Of a DNA stretch of 64,000 nt, positions 19,938 through 30,508 are shown piece after piece. The notes under the pieces were generated by a model. That model searched no databases. It saw only the letters and a program-made list of their open reading frames with translations, and was not told the origin of the DNA. A program made the position numbers and the translations under genes. Position 1 is the first letter of the stretch. Every line of letters begins with the position of its first letter. The DNA is from a virus (Duplodnaviria > Caudoviricetes): IMG/VR virus record IMGVR_UViG_3300042922_001473. One strand, written 5' to 3'.

Positions 19938-20597
19938 ATGTTTAATAATACAGAAACAAAACACCCAAGTTTTGGAACATTATCATTTAGTAGAGTAAAT
20001 GGAGGTACAAGAAATTTATTTGGAAGCTCTATAAAGCACAGAGACACTATAGTAATGCGTTTATATGAGGCATGTATTGAAAGAAATTTGAATCGTGATT
20101 GGATTCGTGGAGACAAGGTTATTGCAGAAGCTGAAATGTCTTATAGTCAATTTGCAGAAGCTATTACTGCAATGAATATGGGTTCTGGTGTTCCTGTTAC
20201 ATTAAGATATATAAAAAGTGTTGGAGTTATTGAAGAATGTCCTTTTGTAGACAAAGTACAACAATTTGAAGAAGAGTTTTCAGAGCATGTTGATGAATCT
20301 AACCAAGCAATTAACAATATAATAAACGAAGTTTCTTCAATTTTTAGCGAAAAGAAAAACTTAACAAAAGCAGACAAAGAAAATATATTAAGAAGCTTAC
20401 AACAACTTCAAATGAATGTTGGTTCAAACACTAAATTCATATATGAACAATTTAATGAACAAATGGATAAAACTGTATCTGAAGCTAAAGGTGAAATAGA
20501 AGCTTTCATACAAAATAAAATAAATTCTATTGCCAATGTAGCTTTAGTTGAGCACAAAGATGAATTTAAGAAATTAGATAGCCCTATAAACTTTTAA
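19938..20597 (+). CDS. conserved phage/plasmid hypothetical protein
   Basis: HPSFG..SFSR..G...LFGSSI.H..., MS.SQFAE.IT.MN.G.GVPVT. Confidence 0.75.
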   Translation: MFNNTETKHPSFGTLSFSRVNGGTRNLFGSSIKHRDTIVMRLYEACIERNLNRDWIRGDKVIAEAEMSYSQFAEAITAMNMGSGVPVTLRYIKSVGVIEECPFVDKVQQFEEEFSEHVDESNQAINNIINEVSSIFSEKKNLTKADKENILRSLQQLQMNVGSNTKFIYEQFNEQMDKTVSEAKGEIEAFIQNKINSIANVALVEHKDEFKKLDSPINF

Positions 20598-20611
20598 AGA
20601 TAGAGCCGACT

Positions 20612-21193
20612 ATGTATTTAAATAATGATGATTATAGATTAATAAATCAATTTAAAGATATTATCAAAGCCAATAAAACAATTATGAATACATTGTCCAT
20701 TATGGAATCTTTGAATTTATCAGATTGTTGGCTAACAGGTGGGGCAATACGTTGTGCTGTATGGAACTGGATACATAACTATGAATCGGACAGAAATTTA
20801 AAAGATTTGGATATTGTTTATTATTCAAAAGAAAAAATTAAAATTGAACATGATGGCAAATTTGTAAATTCTGTGCCCATGGAATTTACAAATCAAGCTT
20901 TCATTCATGAATGGTATGAGAAAAAATACGGAATTAATTTAAAACCATTAGTAAGCGTAGAAGATGGCTTATATTTATGGAGTGATTCTTGTAATTCTAT
21001 TTTATTAAGACGTATTAATGGAGGATTAGAGATAAAATCATTAACAGGTTTATCTGATTTGTGCAACGGAATTATTAGACCAATTAAAGAACGTTATGAA
21101 AAATATGGATTACCAGCTTCTGATTATTACAAAAGGCTGGAAAAATGGGATGTAATAAATAATTATCCTAAAATAAAGATTTTATATGAATAA
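20612..21193 (+). CDS. nucleotidyltransferase family protein (NTP_transf_6/DUF925-like)
   Basis: W.TGGAIR.AVWN, KDLDIVY, NQA..H.WY, GL.DL..G.IRP. Confidence 0.8.
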   Translation: MYLNNDDYRLINQFKDIIKANKTIMNTLSIMESLNLSDCWLTGGAIRCAVWNWIHNYESDRNLKDLDIVYYSKEKIKIEHDGKFVNSVPMEFTNQAFIHEWYEKKYGINLKPLVSVEDGLYLWSDSCNSILLRRINGGLEIKSLTGLSDLCNGIIRPIKERYEKYGLPASDYYKRLEKWDVINNYPKIKILYE

Positions 21194-21222
21194 TAACTAA
21201 AACAATAAAAAAACAGAGAATA

Positions 21223-21906
21223 TTAATTCTCTGTTTTTTTATTGTTATCTAAATATGTTTCAAGTTTATTTTTTGCGTCTTCCAAATATCCTTTTCTTGA
21301 TGCATAAATTAATTCGTTACATTGATTTTCCGTTAATATACCTGAGTTTCTTTTCGTTACACAATTATATGCAAAATCAAGTATTATTGTAAATTCTCCA
21401 ACATGCTTTTTATCGCATAGTTGGTCACTTGGAATTTTAGTTAAATCTTTACCTTTGAATCCTCCTTGTACTATATGAAATTGATATTCATAAGGAATAA
21501 AGCTAATACCCACATTATTTTCTGTAAGTTGTACTTTATAATACTCACTTACTATATATGCAGGTTTATTATTTCTGTGTAATTTAAGAATGTTATAGTC
21601 ACCATCTTTAAGGGACTTTGTAATAAAGTCTTCTGCTTCTTTTGTAGTAAATACCATTTCGAAAAACGGTCTTTCTTCTCTCCACTGCACGACTTTAGTA
21701 TCATAATTTTCAATCATTTCATCTAATGTGCTTGTATCGTTATCAGTAAACTTATCAGCATAAAAATCCTCATAGCCAAGAAATTTAAACTCCTTTAACA
21801 TATCCAGTGGATAAAATGTAGTAATTTTACCTTCTGTATATCCATAAACACCTATTTTTATTTCTTCATCTTCAACATGATTTCTGTTTTTAATGTATTC
21901 GCCCAT
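21223..21906 (-). CDS. hypothetical protein
   Basis: 227 aa, AAGGAG RBS. Confidence 0.65.
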   Translation of the reverse strand: MGEYIKNRNHVEDEEIKIGVYGYTEGKITTFYPLDMLKEFKFLGYEDFYADKFTDNDTSTLDEMIENYDTKVVQWREERPFFEMVFTTKEAEDFITKSLKDGDYNILKLHRNNKPAYIVSEYYKVQLTENNVGISFIPYEYQFHIVQGGFKGKDLTKIPSDQLCDKKHVGEFTIILDFAYNCVTKRNSGILTENQCNELIYASRKGYLEDAKNKLETYLDNNKKTEN

Positions 21907-21953
21907 TTTTAAAGCTCTCCTTTTTTATAGTTTTCTTTTAATATCTTACAATG

Positions 21954-22397
21954 TTATGACGCATAACTTAATCTAAGTTTTTTTAATATTTCATCATGTA
22001 ATACCCATCTTTCAGGAACAGACCCATATTTCAGTAAAAAAGCATTTCTTTCTTTTTCAGTAGTTTCAACAGAATTTAATAGAAAATTAGCTCTATACTT
22101 AGGATTAATTCCTGCTGTCTGAATAATATTACAGCCAGGGAACTCCACTTTGTACTTATTCTTAAAGTAATTTACTGCTTCATCCATATCTTTGCAATTA
22201 TCAATCGTTGCAATAAAGTTAGGAACTACATCATTTATTGAACTATTAATCATTCTATATGACTGATTTTTTAATGCATCTTCCCTTTCTTTTCTTCTCT
22301 TTTCCTTTTTTGCCTCTCTTTTATCCCTTATGACTTTAACTTCTTTCTCCATACCAAGCAAAATATCTAAACTTTCAAAACCTTTAATTTTTGCCAT
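21954..22397 (-). CDS. hypothetical protein
   Basis: 147 aa, GGAGG RBS. Confidence 0.65.
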   Translation of the reverse strand: MAKIKGFESLDILLGMEKEVKVIRDKREAKKEKRRKEREDALKNQSYRMINSSINDVVPNFIATIDNCKDMDEAVNYFKNKYKVEFPGCNIIQTAGINPKYRANFLLNSVETTEKERNAFLLKYGSVPERWVLHDEILKKLRLSYAS

Positions 22398-22522
22398 TTT
22401 AAAGCCTCCATTATATAAATATTTAATTTATTTCCCTATTTTATATATTTATATATTATAGTAAAGCTTTAGTTTTTTAATTATTGATAAAAATAAAAAG
22501 CAGTAAAATTACTGCTTTAATT

Positions 22523-23026
22523 TTAATAATTTTCAGCTTCAGCTAATATCCAGTTTTTAAATTTGTTTTCCTCTTTAAAAACTTTCTTTATTCCATCTTC
22601 GTGAATGACTTCTAAATCCCCATTTTCTTTTTCTTCAAAACGCCACCCATCTTGAATTAAATTCTGAACCGTCATAGTCAGTATTCTTGTTTCACTAATA
22701 AATGGAGCAATTTTTTCTTCAAAGGGCGTTTCTTTTTCGAGCTTAGTCTCTAAAGACGCAATAATACTCCCAAAATCATTATCAGTAGGGCATAGAATAG
22801 TATTGTCCATTGTATCTACAACATAATAATCACTTTTATCATTCGCAAAACGAGAATTGCCCTTGAACCCGTAATCAACATATACCTTGTATCGTTCACC
22901 TATTATTCTTAAACATTTTAAGGCAACTGATTTATATATAAACAGCTTATCTTCCCTATATTCTAAAGAATCCCCTACATATTGTTTAAATAATAAGTTA
23001 TTATTAATAGGTTGAATCCGTTCCAT
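22523..23026 (-). CDS. hypothetical protein
   Basis: The ATG (MERIQ) after AGGAGG is a more likely start than the track start at 23101. Confidence 0.65.
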   Translation of the reverse strand: MERIQPINNNLLFKQYVGDSLEYREDKLFIYKSVALKCLRIIGERYKVYVDYGFKGNSRFANDKSDYYVVDTMDNTILCPTDNDFGSIIASLETKLEKETPFEEKIAPFISETRILTMTVQNLIQDGWRFEEKENGDLEVIHEDGIKKVFKEENKFKNWILAEAENY

Positions 23027-23115
23027 GTGTATCCTCCTAAAAAATCTTAAAATTACTTTTATTATATATTTATAATACCACACAAATGACGCTTCCACCA
23101 CTTTTTGTGTGAGTT

Positions 23116-23373
23116 TTAACTACTTAACATATTTCTATACTCGTTCAAAATCTTATTAGAATTTTCTGCTACTTTCTTGACTGAATATTCAGGTGCATTC
23201 ATTCTTTTTTCATTTTTTAACAATTGTTCAAGATAAAAATATATTAAGCTATAAACAATCCCTAAATTATCACAGCTTTCTTCATCATGACATGTTTCCC
23301 CTACTGCATTAATATGTCCTATTATTTTTTCACATATATCTGTTATTCCAAAAAGACCTTTCACCTCAAACAC
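23116..23373 (-). CDS. hypothetical protein
   Basis: 85 aa; IG.I..VGET..D motif. Confidence 0.55.
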   Translation of the reverse strand: MFEVKGLFGITDICEKIIGHINAVGETCHDEESCDNLGIVYSLIYFYLEQLLKNEKRMNAPEYSVKKVAENSNKILNEYRNMLSS

Positions 23374-23524
23374 TCCTCTTCTCTAATTTTTAATCTATTA
23401 CATATATTTTTAACGACAAACATATGTTACTGTTTATATATCCTTTATTATATTATTTTTTCATATATTGCCATGATAAAATCACCACTCCCAGATTCAA
23501 TCATGGTTTTCATCGCAAAATCCT

Positions 23525-24427
23525 TTATAATACCCTCCACCTATTGTAACAACATGGTTTTGGACATCTTTTTATCGGTTTATATTTTTTAACCAAACCT
23601 ACATATTCATTAAATTCGGTTTCTTCTAAAAATATAGTAATATTTTTCCAATACTTTATTTCTTTCTTCTTTTGTTTTACAAATTCATATAGCTTTGGAA
23701 CTTCACCCGAGTGTTCTTCGATTAACTGATTAATACTTCTTGTTAAGCTAATACCACCTAATGAGCCATTCTTAAAACGTTCATTTTTGCGACATACATA
23801 TATTGCAGTGTTATTATCTTTTATTATATCTACTTTAAAGTATGGACTTAATTTTTCAAGAAATGTTTCTTCCGAAATCCACGCAAACTCTGTTTCATGT
23901 TTTTCATATCCTTCTCTTTCTTGTATATGGTGAACTATATCCCCCTCTTTCAAATAAGAAGTTTCTATGAATTTAACTCCATCAATTTCATATTCTTTTA
24001 TTATAGGCTCTTTTGTAGGTTTTTTACTGAATGTATTAAATATAAATACCCCATTAGGAATTAATAGTTCTGAAAACTTTGCAATTGAAGTGCTTAAAAA
24101 CCAATAAGTTACTGCTTGTTGGCAGAATATTGCATTAAATCTCATTCTATTATGAAATTGATTTACGAACTCTTCTACAGATAAATTAAAAAAGCTTATA
24201 TGACGTTTTTTTAATTCTTCAATAGGAGTCATTTCTATTTCTTGGTCTACATAAAAGACAATACCACCTTGATTATGTGCTTCAAAAGTTAATCTTCCAT
24301 TTCCTCCACATAAATCAAGAACTGAATCACCCTTCTGTATCTTCGCAAGGTCTACTAAAACTTTTGAGCTTCTATTAAAATATCTTTGATACAATTTTTC
24401 ATATTCTGTATACTTAGGATATCTCAT
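23525..24427 (-). CDS. class I SAM-dependent methyltransferase
   Basis: VLDLCGGNGRL motif I, VD, G.FIFN. Confidence 0.85.
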   Translation of the reverse strand: MRYPKYTEYEKLYQRYFNRSSKVLVDLAKIQKGDSVLDLCGGNGRLTFEAHNQGGIVFYVDQEIEMTPIEELKKRHISFFNLSVEEFVNQFHNRMRFNAIFCQQAVTYWFLSTSIAKFSELLIPNGVFIFNTFSKKPTKEPIIKEYEIDGVKFIETSYLKEGDIVHHIQEREGYEKHETEFAWISEETFLEKLSPYFKVDIIKDNNTAIYVCRKNERFKNGSLGGISLTRSINQLIEEHSGEVPKLYEFVKQKKKEIKYWKNITIFLEETEFNEYVGLVKKYKPIKRCPKPCCYNRWRVL

Positions 24428-24428
24428 T

Positions 24429-25577
24429 TTATTTACCTTCCATTTCTGTTATTAAATTTCCTTCTTTATCAAACAGTAAAAAACAACCATGATTTTCAAT
24501 ATTAAACGAACCAGTTATATTCCTAACACTATCCCTTACAGTTCCAGGAAATGCATATGGTAGTGTTGGATAATTATTATCTTCTTCATGATAATGCACT
24601 ATTACATCAATCTTTGGATTTTTAAATATATTAGCAAGTAACGGTGCATTTAACGAAGCTTTTTTTATCCCATAAACAATTACCTTTTTTAAATTATGGT
24701 CTACATCCTTCACAACAACAGTCTCTTCTAATTCTCTTTTTCCCCTTGCAGTTGTAAAAAACATTTCATTATCAATTCTTACAGCGATAGTTCCAAACTT
24801 ATACTTTCCCCCATATATCTTTTCGAACTTTTCTTTATATTTTTCTTTATAAAATTCAAACTTTCCTACTACTTCCTTTGTACTAATTGCTTCATCTTCC
24901 TTATAACATGTTGTAGAACTATGCATAGTGGAATAATGTTTGTCATTTAATGCTTCCCAAATAAAATCAGGATATGTTTCCATATTTAACTCGATGATAC
25001 TTCTTTCCTTTGTTATTGCGTATTTTTTTGTAAGGTCTTTGGTGTCATTTGCAAATACAGCAGTAGCTTTAGAGTTTAATACCACTTCATAACCAGCTTC
25101 TATGAGCTGTTCATGATTATATCCCGAAAGAAGTTTAAAACCAAAAACTGCAGTTTTAGGGCTGATAATTTTAATCATATCTATTATTCTTGGAGCTATT
25201 ATAAATGGTATATTAATTACCTCACCTGGCTCGTAGTTATGCGAAGGAAACTTCCCTTTAAAAGGTTCTTTAGGAATTAAATTAGCAACTGCACTTCCAA
25301 GAATTACTGCATCCATTTCAGGAGCTAACTCCAATACTTTATCTTTATAATCATAATATCCGTCTTGATAAATTATCTTTATATTAGGACTATTTGGTTC
25401 TGCAAAGCCTTTAGCTACTAAATATGTAATTGATATATTGTCTTTACCAAGTTCTGATAATTCGTCAGCTAATTTTGCTATTAACCCACCTTTAAATTTA
25501 TTAGTCACTAACTTAACATCATCCAATTTTCCATAAACAGGTCCACCTGTTATTAACACTTTCTTTATATTTTTCAT
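24429..25577 (-). CDS. CoaB/DFP-C (phosphopantothenoylcysteine synthetase-like) fused to a class II aldolase/adducin domain
   Basis: VLITGGP...D.V..VTN..G, SAVA, GFKL, AND; C-terminal TTARG, ASLNA, IVHYH, PGT, NHG. Confidence 0.75.
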   Translation of the reverse strand: MKNIKKVLITGGPVYGKLDDVKLVTNKFKGGLIAKLADELSELGKDNISITYLVAKGFAEPNSPNIKIIYQDGYYDYKDKVLELAPEMDAVILGSAVANLIPKEPFKGKFPSHNYEPGEVINIPFIIAPRIIDMIKIISPKTAVFGFKLLSGYNHEQLIEAGYEVVLNSKATAVFANDTKDLTKKYAITKERSIIELNMETYPDFIWEALNDKHYSTMHSSTTCYKEDEAISTKEVVGKFEFYKEKYKEKFEKIYGGKYKFGTIAVRIDNEMFFTTARGKRELEETVVVKDVDHNLKKVIVYGIKKASLNAPLLANIFKNPKIDVIVHYHEEDNNYPTLPYAFPGTVRDSVRNITGSFNIENHGCFLLFDKEGNLITEMEGK

Positions 25578-25606
25578 ATATATCCTCTCTTTTTTTATTA
25601 TAACTG

Positions 25607-25858
25607 CTATATCTGATTTATTGATTCAGTAAATTTTTCTAAATCTTCTTTTATGCTTTTTACTTTATTTATATACTGCGAACATTGTTCTTTATATACA
25701 TCTGCCAATCTCCTTGTCTTGCGTAAATCAGCTAAAGTTTGTCTTAACAATTCTCTTAACAAAGCTTGATTATTATATTTCTCAATTAAGATTTCTTCTA
25801 ATTCATCTTCTGATAATAGTATTAATTTCATTGGATTATCAATTATATTGTTTTCCAT
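25607..25858 (-). CDS. hypothetical coiled-coil protein
   Basis: 83 aa. Confidence 0.55.
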   Translation of the reverse strand: MENNIIDNPMKLILLSEDELEEILIEKYNNQALLRELLRQTLADLRKTRRLADVYKEQCSQYINKVKSIKEDLEKFTESINQI

Positions 25859-25897
25859 AATCGCCTTCCTTAATTATTTCGCTATTTTTTATATTTT

Positions 25898-26194
25898 TTA
25901 TGCAATATTTTTAGCAATCATTTGTATTCCTTTATATGAATTCGCATAATGTAAATATACAAAGGAAAAATTTATATTTTTATGTTCTTCTTTTAACTGA
26001 GACAAAACTAACTCTGATATTTCTTCTTGAAATTCATAGGTAACTTTATTAAAGAATTCAATTGTTGTTGAACTTATTCCTCTTTTAACATTCTTTTTAA
26101 ATTCCTGAATACAGTATTTTTTAAAGCTTTTTACATCCTTTTTAATAATCTTGTCTTTATTTTTCTTAGCTTTTAACTCGTAATTTATAGCCAA
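25898..26194 (-). CDS. hypothetical protein
   Basis: 98 aa, TTG start, sigma-A-like promoter upstream. Confidence 0.55.
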   Translation of the reverse strand: MAINYELKAKKNKDKIIKKDVKSFKKYCIQEFKKNVKRGISSTTIEFFNKVTYEFQEEISELVLSQLKEEHKNINFSFVYLHYANSYKGIQMIAKNIA

Positions 26195-26335
26195 TATATC
26201 ACTTCCTGACTTATTTTTAAATTATAATATATTATACCATAATTTAAGGATTTTGTAAATTAATTTTTACAATAATATTAATAAATAAAAAAGTCTATAA
26301 AAGATTCTAATGGAACTTCCGAATTGTTACTTCCC

Positions 26336-26389
26336 AAATATAAAAAATATCCATTTTGTAATATTACAAAATGGATATTTTTTATATTT
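26336..26389. repeat. 54-bp perfect palindrome, no loop
   Basis: AAATATAAAAAATATCCATTTTGTAAT|ATTACAAAATGGATATTTTTTATATTT. Confidence 0.9.
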
Positions 26390-26616
26390 TATTTTTTTCT
26401 TCTAAAGAAGTAGATACTGTTGGTTCAATATCTAAACCAACACGAAGACATTAACTTACACTTGGTATCACTCACATAAGCTTCAACAGCCAAAGAATAA
26501 AACAAATTCCGAAGAACTTAGTCTTAATTAATAAGTAACGAACTTCTTCAACACATGATTTCTGCCATAATCCAATAAAGTAATCTATATCGTCAACTGT
26601 AGCACGCCCATTCACG

Positions 26617-28523
26617 CAGACAATAGGCAAGGTAGCCCACTCCTTCAGGGGTGGGATGAATTGCCTCTTACTATAAACTCTGAAAAGAAAAAAGGGTAAG
26701 CATTTAATTTGACAAATGCTGAAATTTATGTATAATAGAATATTGTATATTAAAATCATGAAAGGAGTTGAAATATATGCCTAAATCAAATACTAAATCT
26801 TTTATACTGGAATTAAAATTAAATGCTGAAATATTTCAAATTCAAATTTTAAACAAAAGATTTGAGATTGCTCGCAAAATGTATAATTCAACTCTTTCGT
26901 ATGCTTTAAAGCAACTAAAATTGATGCAAGAAAATAAAGAATATAAAGACGCTTTAAACAACTACATTGAAGCTAAGAAAAATAATGATAAATACAATAT
27001 TAAGCTTCATTTGGAAACTTTAAATAATATTAGACTTTCATTTTGTTTATCTGATTATCATTTGCAGGAATATATAATTAAATCAAAAAGAAATTATGAA
27101 AGCCATATAGATATAAATACCTCCCAGAAAATTGCTTCTACAGTTTGGAAAGCAACTTCAGATGTTCTGTTTAAGAAAGGCAACAAAGTTCACTTTAAAA
27201 AATTTGGAGAGTTATTATCCATAGAAGGCAAATCAAATAAACAAGGTATTCGATTTAAAGATAATTTTCTAATGTGGAATGGTCTTAAAATTTCAGTTAA
27301 AATAAGAAACAATGATATATTTGCTAAAGAAAGTCTTGAAAACCACAATATTAAATATTGCAGAATAATTAAAAAAATAATAGGTAACAAAGAAACCTTT
27401 TATTTGCAACTAATATTGGAAGGAGTGCCTCCTGAAAAGAAAGTTAATTCTACTGGTGAATTAAGACATAAACTTTCAGAAAACAAAAGAGTTGGTATTG
27501 ATTTAGGTACTTCCACAATTGCAATAGTTTCACAAGATATTGCGGAGTTAAAAGAACTTGCTCCAAATATAATGAAATATGAAAAAGAAATAAATATGTT
27601 ATTAAGATATCTTGGCAGAAGCAAAAGGGCTACAAATCCATTTAACTATAATAAAGATGGTACTATAAAAAGAGATATTAAGCTAAAGTGGATAAGAAGT
27701 AAAAAATATATAAAAGCTTTGTTTAAATTAAAAAACCTATATAGACTGAAATCGCAATATATAAACAAAACTCATAATAAATTATGTAATTTTATTTTAA
27801 AATTGGGTGATGAAATTTATACAGAAGAAATGAATTTTAGAGCTTTAGCAAAACGTTCCAAGAAAACTGAAATTTCAGTTAAAACAGGTAATTTAAAAAA
27901 GAAAAAGCGTTTTGGCAAAAGTATATTAAATAAAGCCCCAAGCAAAGTATTAACAATATTAAATAGAAAACTAAACTATCAAGATAAAGAACTTATAAAA
28001 GTAAATACCAGAAAATATAGAGCAAGTCAATATAATCATGTAACAGATACCTATAAAAAGAAAAAATTAAGCCAACGATGGAATTATATAGATAATTGTA
28101 AAATTCAAAGAGATTTGTATTCTGCGTTTTTACTAATGTGTGCAAAAGATAAAACAAAACCAGATAAGGCACTTTGCAATAAAGAATTTCATGAATTTAA
28201 AAAGAATCACAATGAGTGTATAGAAAAAATTAAGTACAGTGATAATAAATTAATAAACAGTTTTGGAATAAAGAAAATAGCATAATAAATAAAATAAAAA
28301 GGTTTAGCTACGAGCCTTAAATTAGCGTCAATATTTCAATAGAAATATAGTTAATAAAGTCTAATGGAAATTAAGATACTATAACAATGTTGTAAATTTA
28401 AAGAGAATATAAAAAAGAATATGCAATGCATATTCTAAATTATATTAACAATCTTAGATTGAGAGTGTTATTAAGCTTTTTAGTACATTAGAACACCACT
28501 CTTAAAGGAGTGGGAGTAGTCAG
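26617..28523 (+). mobile_element. non-autonomous IS200/IS605-family element (long tnpB)
   Basis: Left-end hairpin CCCACTCCTTCAGGGGTGGG; right-end GAAC-ACCACTC..GAGTGGG..TCAG; boundaries uncertain by ~2 nt (shared GCA). Confidence 0.8.
26768..28285 (+). CDS. tnpB: RNA-guided endonuclease TnpB family (505 aa)
   Basis: GIDLG, TEEMN, QRDLYSA: intact RuvC D-E-D; ~240-nt 3' region available for the omegaRNA. Confidence 0.85.
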   Translation: MKYMPKSNTKSFILELKLNAEIFQIQILNKRFEIARKMYNSTLSYALKQLKLMQENKEYKDALNNYIEAKKNNDKYNIKLHLETLNNIRLSFCLSDYHLQEYIIKSKRNYESHIDINTSQKIASTVWKATSDVLFKKGNKVHFKKFGELLSIEGKSNKQGIRFKDNFLMWNGLKISVKIRNNDIFAKESLENHNIKYCRIIKKIIGNKETFYLQLILEGVPPEKKVNSTGELRHKLSENKRVGIDLGTSTIAIVSQDIAELKELAPNIMKYEKEINMLLRYLGRSKRATNPFNYNKDGTIKRDIKLKWIRSKKYIKALFKLKNLYRLKSQYINKTHNKLCNFILKLGDEIYTEEMNFRALAKRSKKTEISVKTGNLKKKKRFGKSILNKAPSKVLTILNRKLNYQDKELIKVNTRKYRASQYNHVTDTYKKKKLSQRWNYIDNCKIQRDLYSAFLLMCAKDKTKPDKALCNKEFHEFKKNHNECIEKIKYSDNKLINSFGIKKIA

Positions 28524-28653
28524 CAAATACCTGCCATGTTTAAAATTTCATATTTTTCAAATGTAGGGTTAAAAACACAGCCTCTTGAATTATCATTTTT
28601 ATAGTTAGGGCAAGTTTCAGCAGTTTCTTTTGTATATTATTTATTATTCTCCT

Positions 28654-28917
28654 CTATTTATCAATTTTTAATTTATTTGACAAATACTCATATTTTTCTC
28701 TAACATTTATATAATTTAAGATTTCATCATTCAATTCAACATTACTGTTTTCTTCTATAAAATAATCAGAAGGTAAATTATTATCGTAACTACTAATTGT
28801 GTTTAAGACTTCTATTGTAGGTAATAGATTGCCTACTTTAAGAAAAATTAATGTATCTTCATTAATGCTCAAATTCTCTGTTATTTCTTTTACTGTATGG
28901 TTGTTTATGTAAAGCAT
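28654..28917 (-). CDS. hypothetical protein, possibly degenerate XRE-type HTH
   Basis: T.KEI.E.L.I...TL..L..G...PT pattern. Confidence 0.4.
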   Translation of the reverse strand: MLYINNHTVKEITENLSINEDTLIFLKVGNLLPTIEVLNTISSYDNNLPSDYFIEENSNVELNDEILNYINVREKYEYLSNKLKIDK

Positions 28918-28984
28918 CAGACTTTCATTAAATTTACTTTTATTAAATACTTTAATACAAATTCCCTCCTTCTAAATTCAAATC

Positions 28985-29386
28985 TTAATCTTTCCATTTA
29001 TGATTATAGGATTTTCCACAATTAGTACAAAACTTTATTTTATTTCTTTCATTTATCATACCTTTGTAATATCCTAATTGGTGAATTGTGTCTTTTTTAC
29101 AATCTATACAATACATTTTTTTTTCTTTAACACAAACATCTCCAAAATCAAAACAATTAAATACATTTATCTTTTTCATTGCCTTTTCTATTTTATACTG
29201 GGCATTATCAACAATTCTATCCATTCTTTTATATTCCTCAAAAATAACAGAATTTAAATAATCTTGTATTTCTTCAGCATTTTTATCGCATTTTCTCTTC
29301 ACGCTGTTTAAATACATTTTATTGTATACTATACATAATAGTACAACACATAAAGGCAATACTCCTAACACAATAATATTCACCAT
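28985..29386 (-). CDS. membrane-anchored zinc-ribbon protein
   Basis: N-terminal TM; CIDC..T.H...CTNCG. Confidence 0.65.
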   Translation of the reverse strand: MVNIIVLGVLPLCVVLLCIVYNKMYLNSVKRKCDKNAEEIQDYLNSVIFEEYKRMDRIVDNAQYKIEKAMKKINVFNCFDFGDVCVKEKKMYCIDCKKDTIHQLGYYKGMINERNKIKFCTNCGKSYNHKWKD

Positions 29387-29411
29387 ATCTTAATACTCCT
29401 TTTATCTAATA

Positions 29412-29765
29412 TTATAAAAAGCTATTTACTTCCTTCATTTCCACAACTTCTTCATCAGTAAAAAATATTTGATGATATCGACTATATATTTCTTCTACAT
29501 TTTTCTTTTCAACTATATTCCATATGATTGATAATACATTCGCTAATGGGTACATAACATGGTCTTTATCCATTATGTATCCATCTCTATTTATATCATA
29601 CATTAAATATTCACCGACAGAACATCGTAACCCAGACCTATTTGCCCACTTATATGTTATACCTTCATGCTCTACCCCATCGGTAGTTTTAAATATGGGA
29701 TATACTTTTTGCAATTTGCTAACAGGAATTTCTTTCTCTTTTTTAGTTTTATTAAATAATTTCAT
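29412..29765 (-). CDS. hypothetical protein
   Basis: 117 aa, AAGGAG RBS. Confidence 0.65.
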   Translation of the reverse strand: MKLFNKTKKEKEIPVSKLQKVYPIFKTTDGVEHEGITYKWANRSGLRCSVGEYLMYDINRDGYIMDKDHVMYPLANVLSIIWNIVEKKNVEEIYSRYHQIFFTDEEVVEMKEVNSFL

Positions 29766-29972
29766 TGATAAATTGCTCCTTTAAATATTATCTTTATTTG
29801 TTAAAATCATTTGCTTTTATAATATAAACATTATACCATATTTTTTATATTTTGTAAATTATTTTATCACTTTTAAATAAAGGGTTTACATTTTTAAAAA
29901 AATTATTGTTTTTATATATTATAAACTAATTAATTTTTAGTTTTATAATTTAAAAGAAAGGAGGATTATAAT

Positions 29973-30377
29973 ATGCCAGAAATTTTATTAAGCCCACAAC
30001 CACCTGTTGAATATGATGAAAATGATATAATTGCTATGGTAACTGACGGAGAACAGATATATGATGCATTGTCAGATGCAATATCAGAAATCGGTTTAGC
30101 TAAACTTACAAGTATGATTATACCTATAATAGCAGTAGATATTGAAAATAAAACAAGATTATTGGGTGACATTCAGACGATAAACACACTTTATTGGACT
30201 TATTCAATTGTTATATCATTAGTTAAAACAGCTCTGCAAAAAGCTAATCTACAAGACAGAATAAATAGATTAGGACCTGGGGACACATTAAGAGTGACTA
30301 CAAAGTATTATGAATATCAAAGTGCAAGTGGTAATGCTTGGACAAGACGTTGTGTAATTGAATTTGATGTAGGATAA
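29973..30377 (+). CDS. hypothetical protein
   Basis: 134 aa, GGAGG RBS, terminator downstream. Confidence 0.7.
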   Translation: MPEILLSPQPPVEYDENDIIAMVTDGEQIYDALSDAISEIGLAKLTSMIIPIIAVDIENKTRLLGDIQTINTLYWTYSIVISLVKTALQKANLQDRINRLGPGDTLRVTTKYYEYQSASGNAWTRRCVIEFDVG

Positions 30378-30508
30378 AAAGCAAAAGGGCTAATTTTTTA
30401 ATTAGCTCTTCTCTTATTCGTTAAATATTGTCAGTATTTACATACAATTCTATTTGTGGTATTATAATTTAAATAGAAAAAATTATATAAAGAGGGGGAA
30501 TAATAATA

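Noticed and set aside
26472-26759. 95-aa minus-strand ORF
   Set aside because: Chimera of the IS left end and the 3' remnant of the interrupted gene
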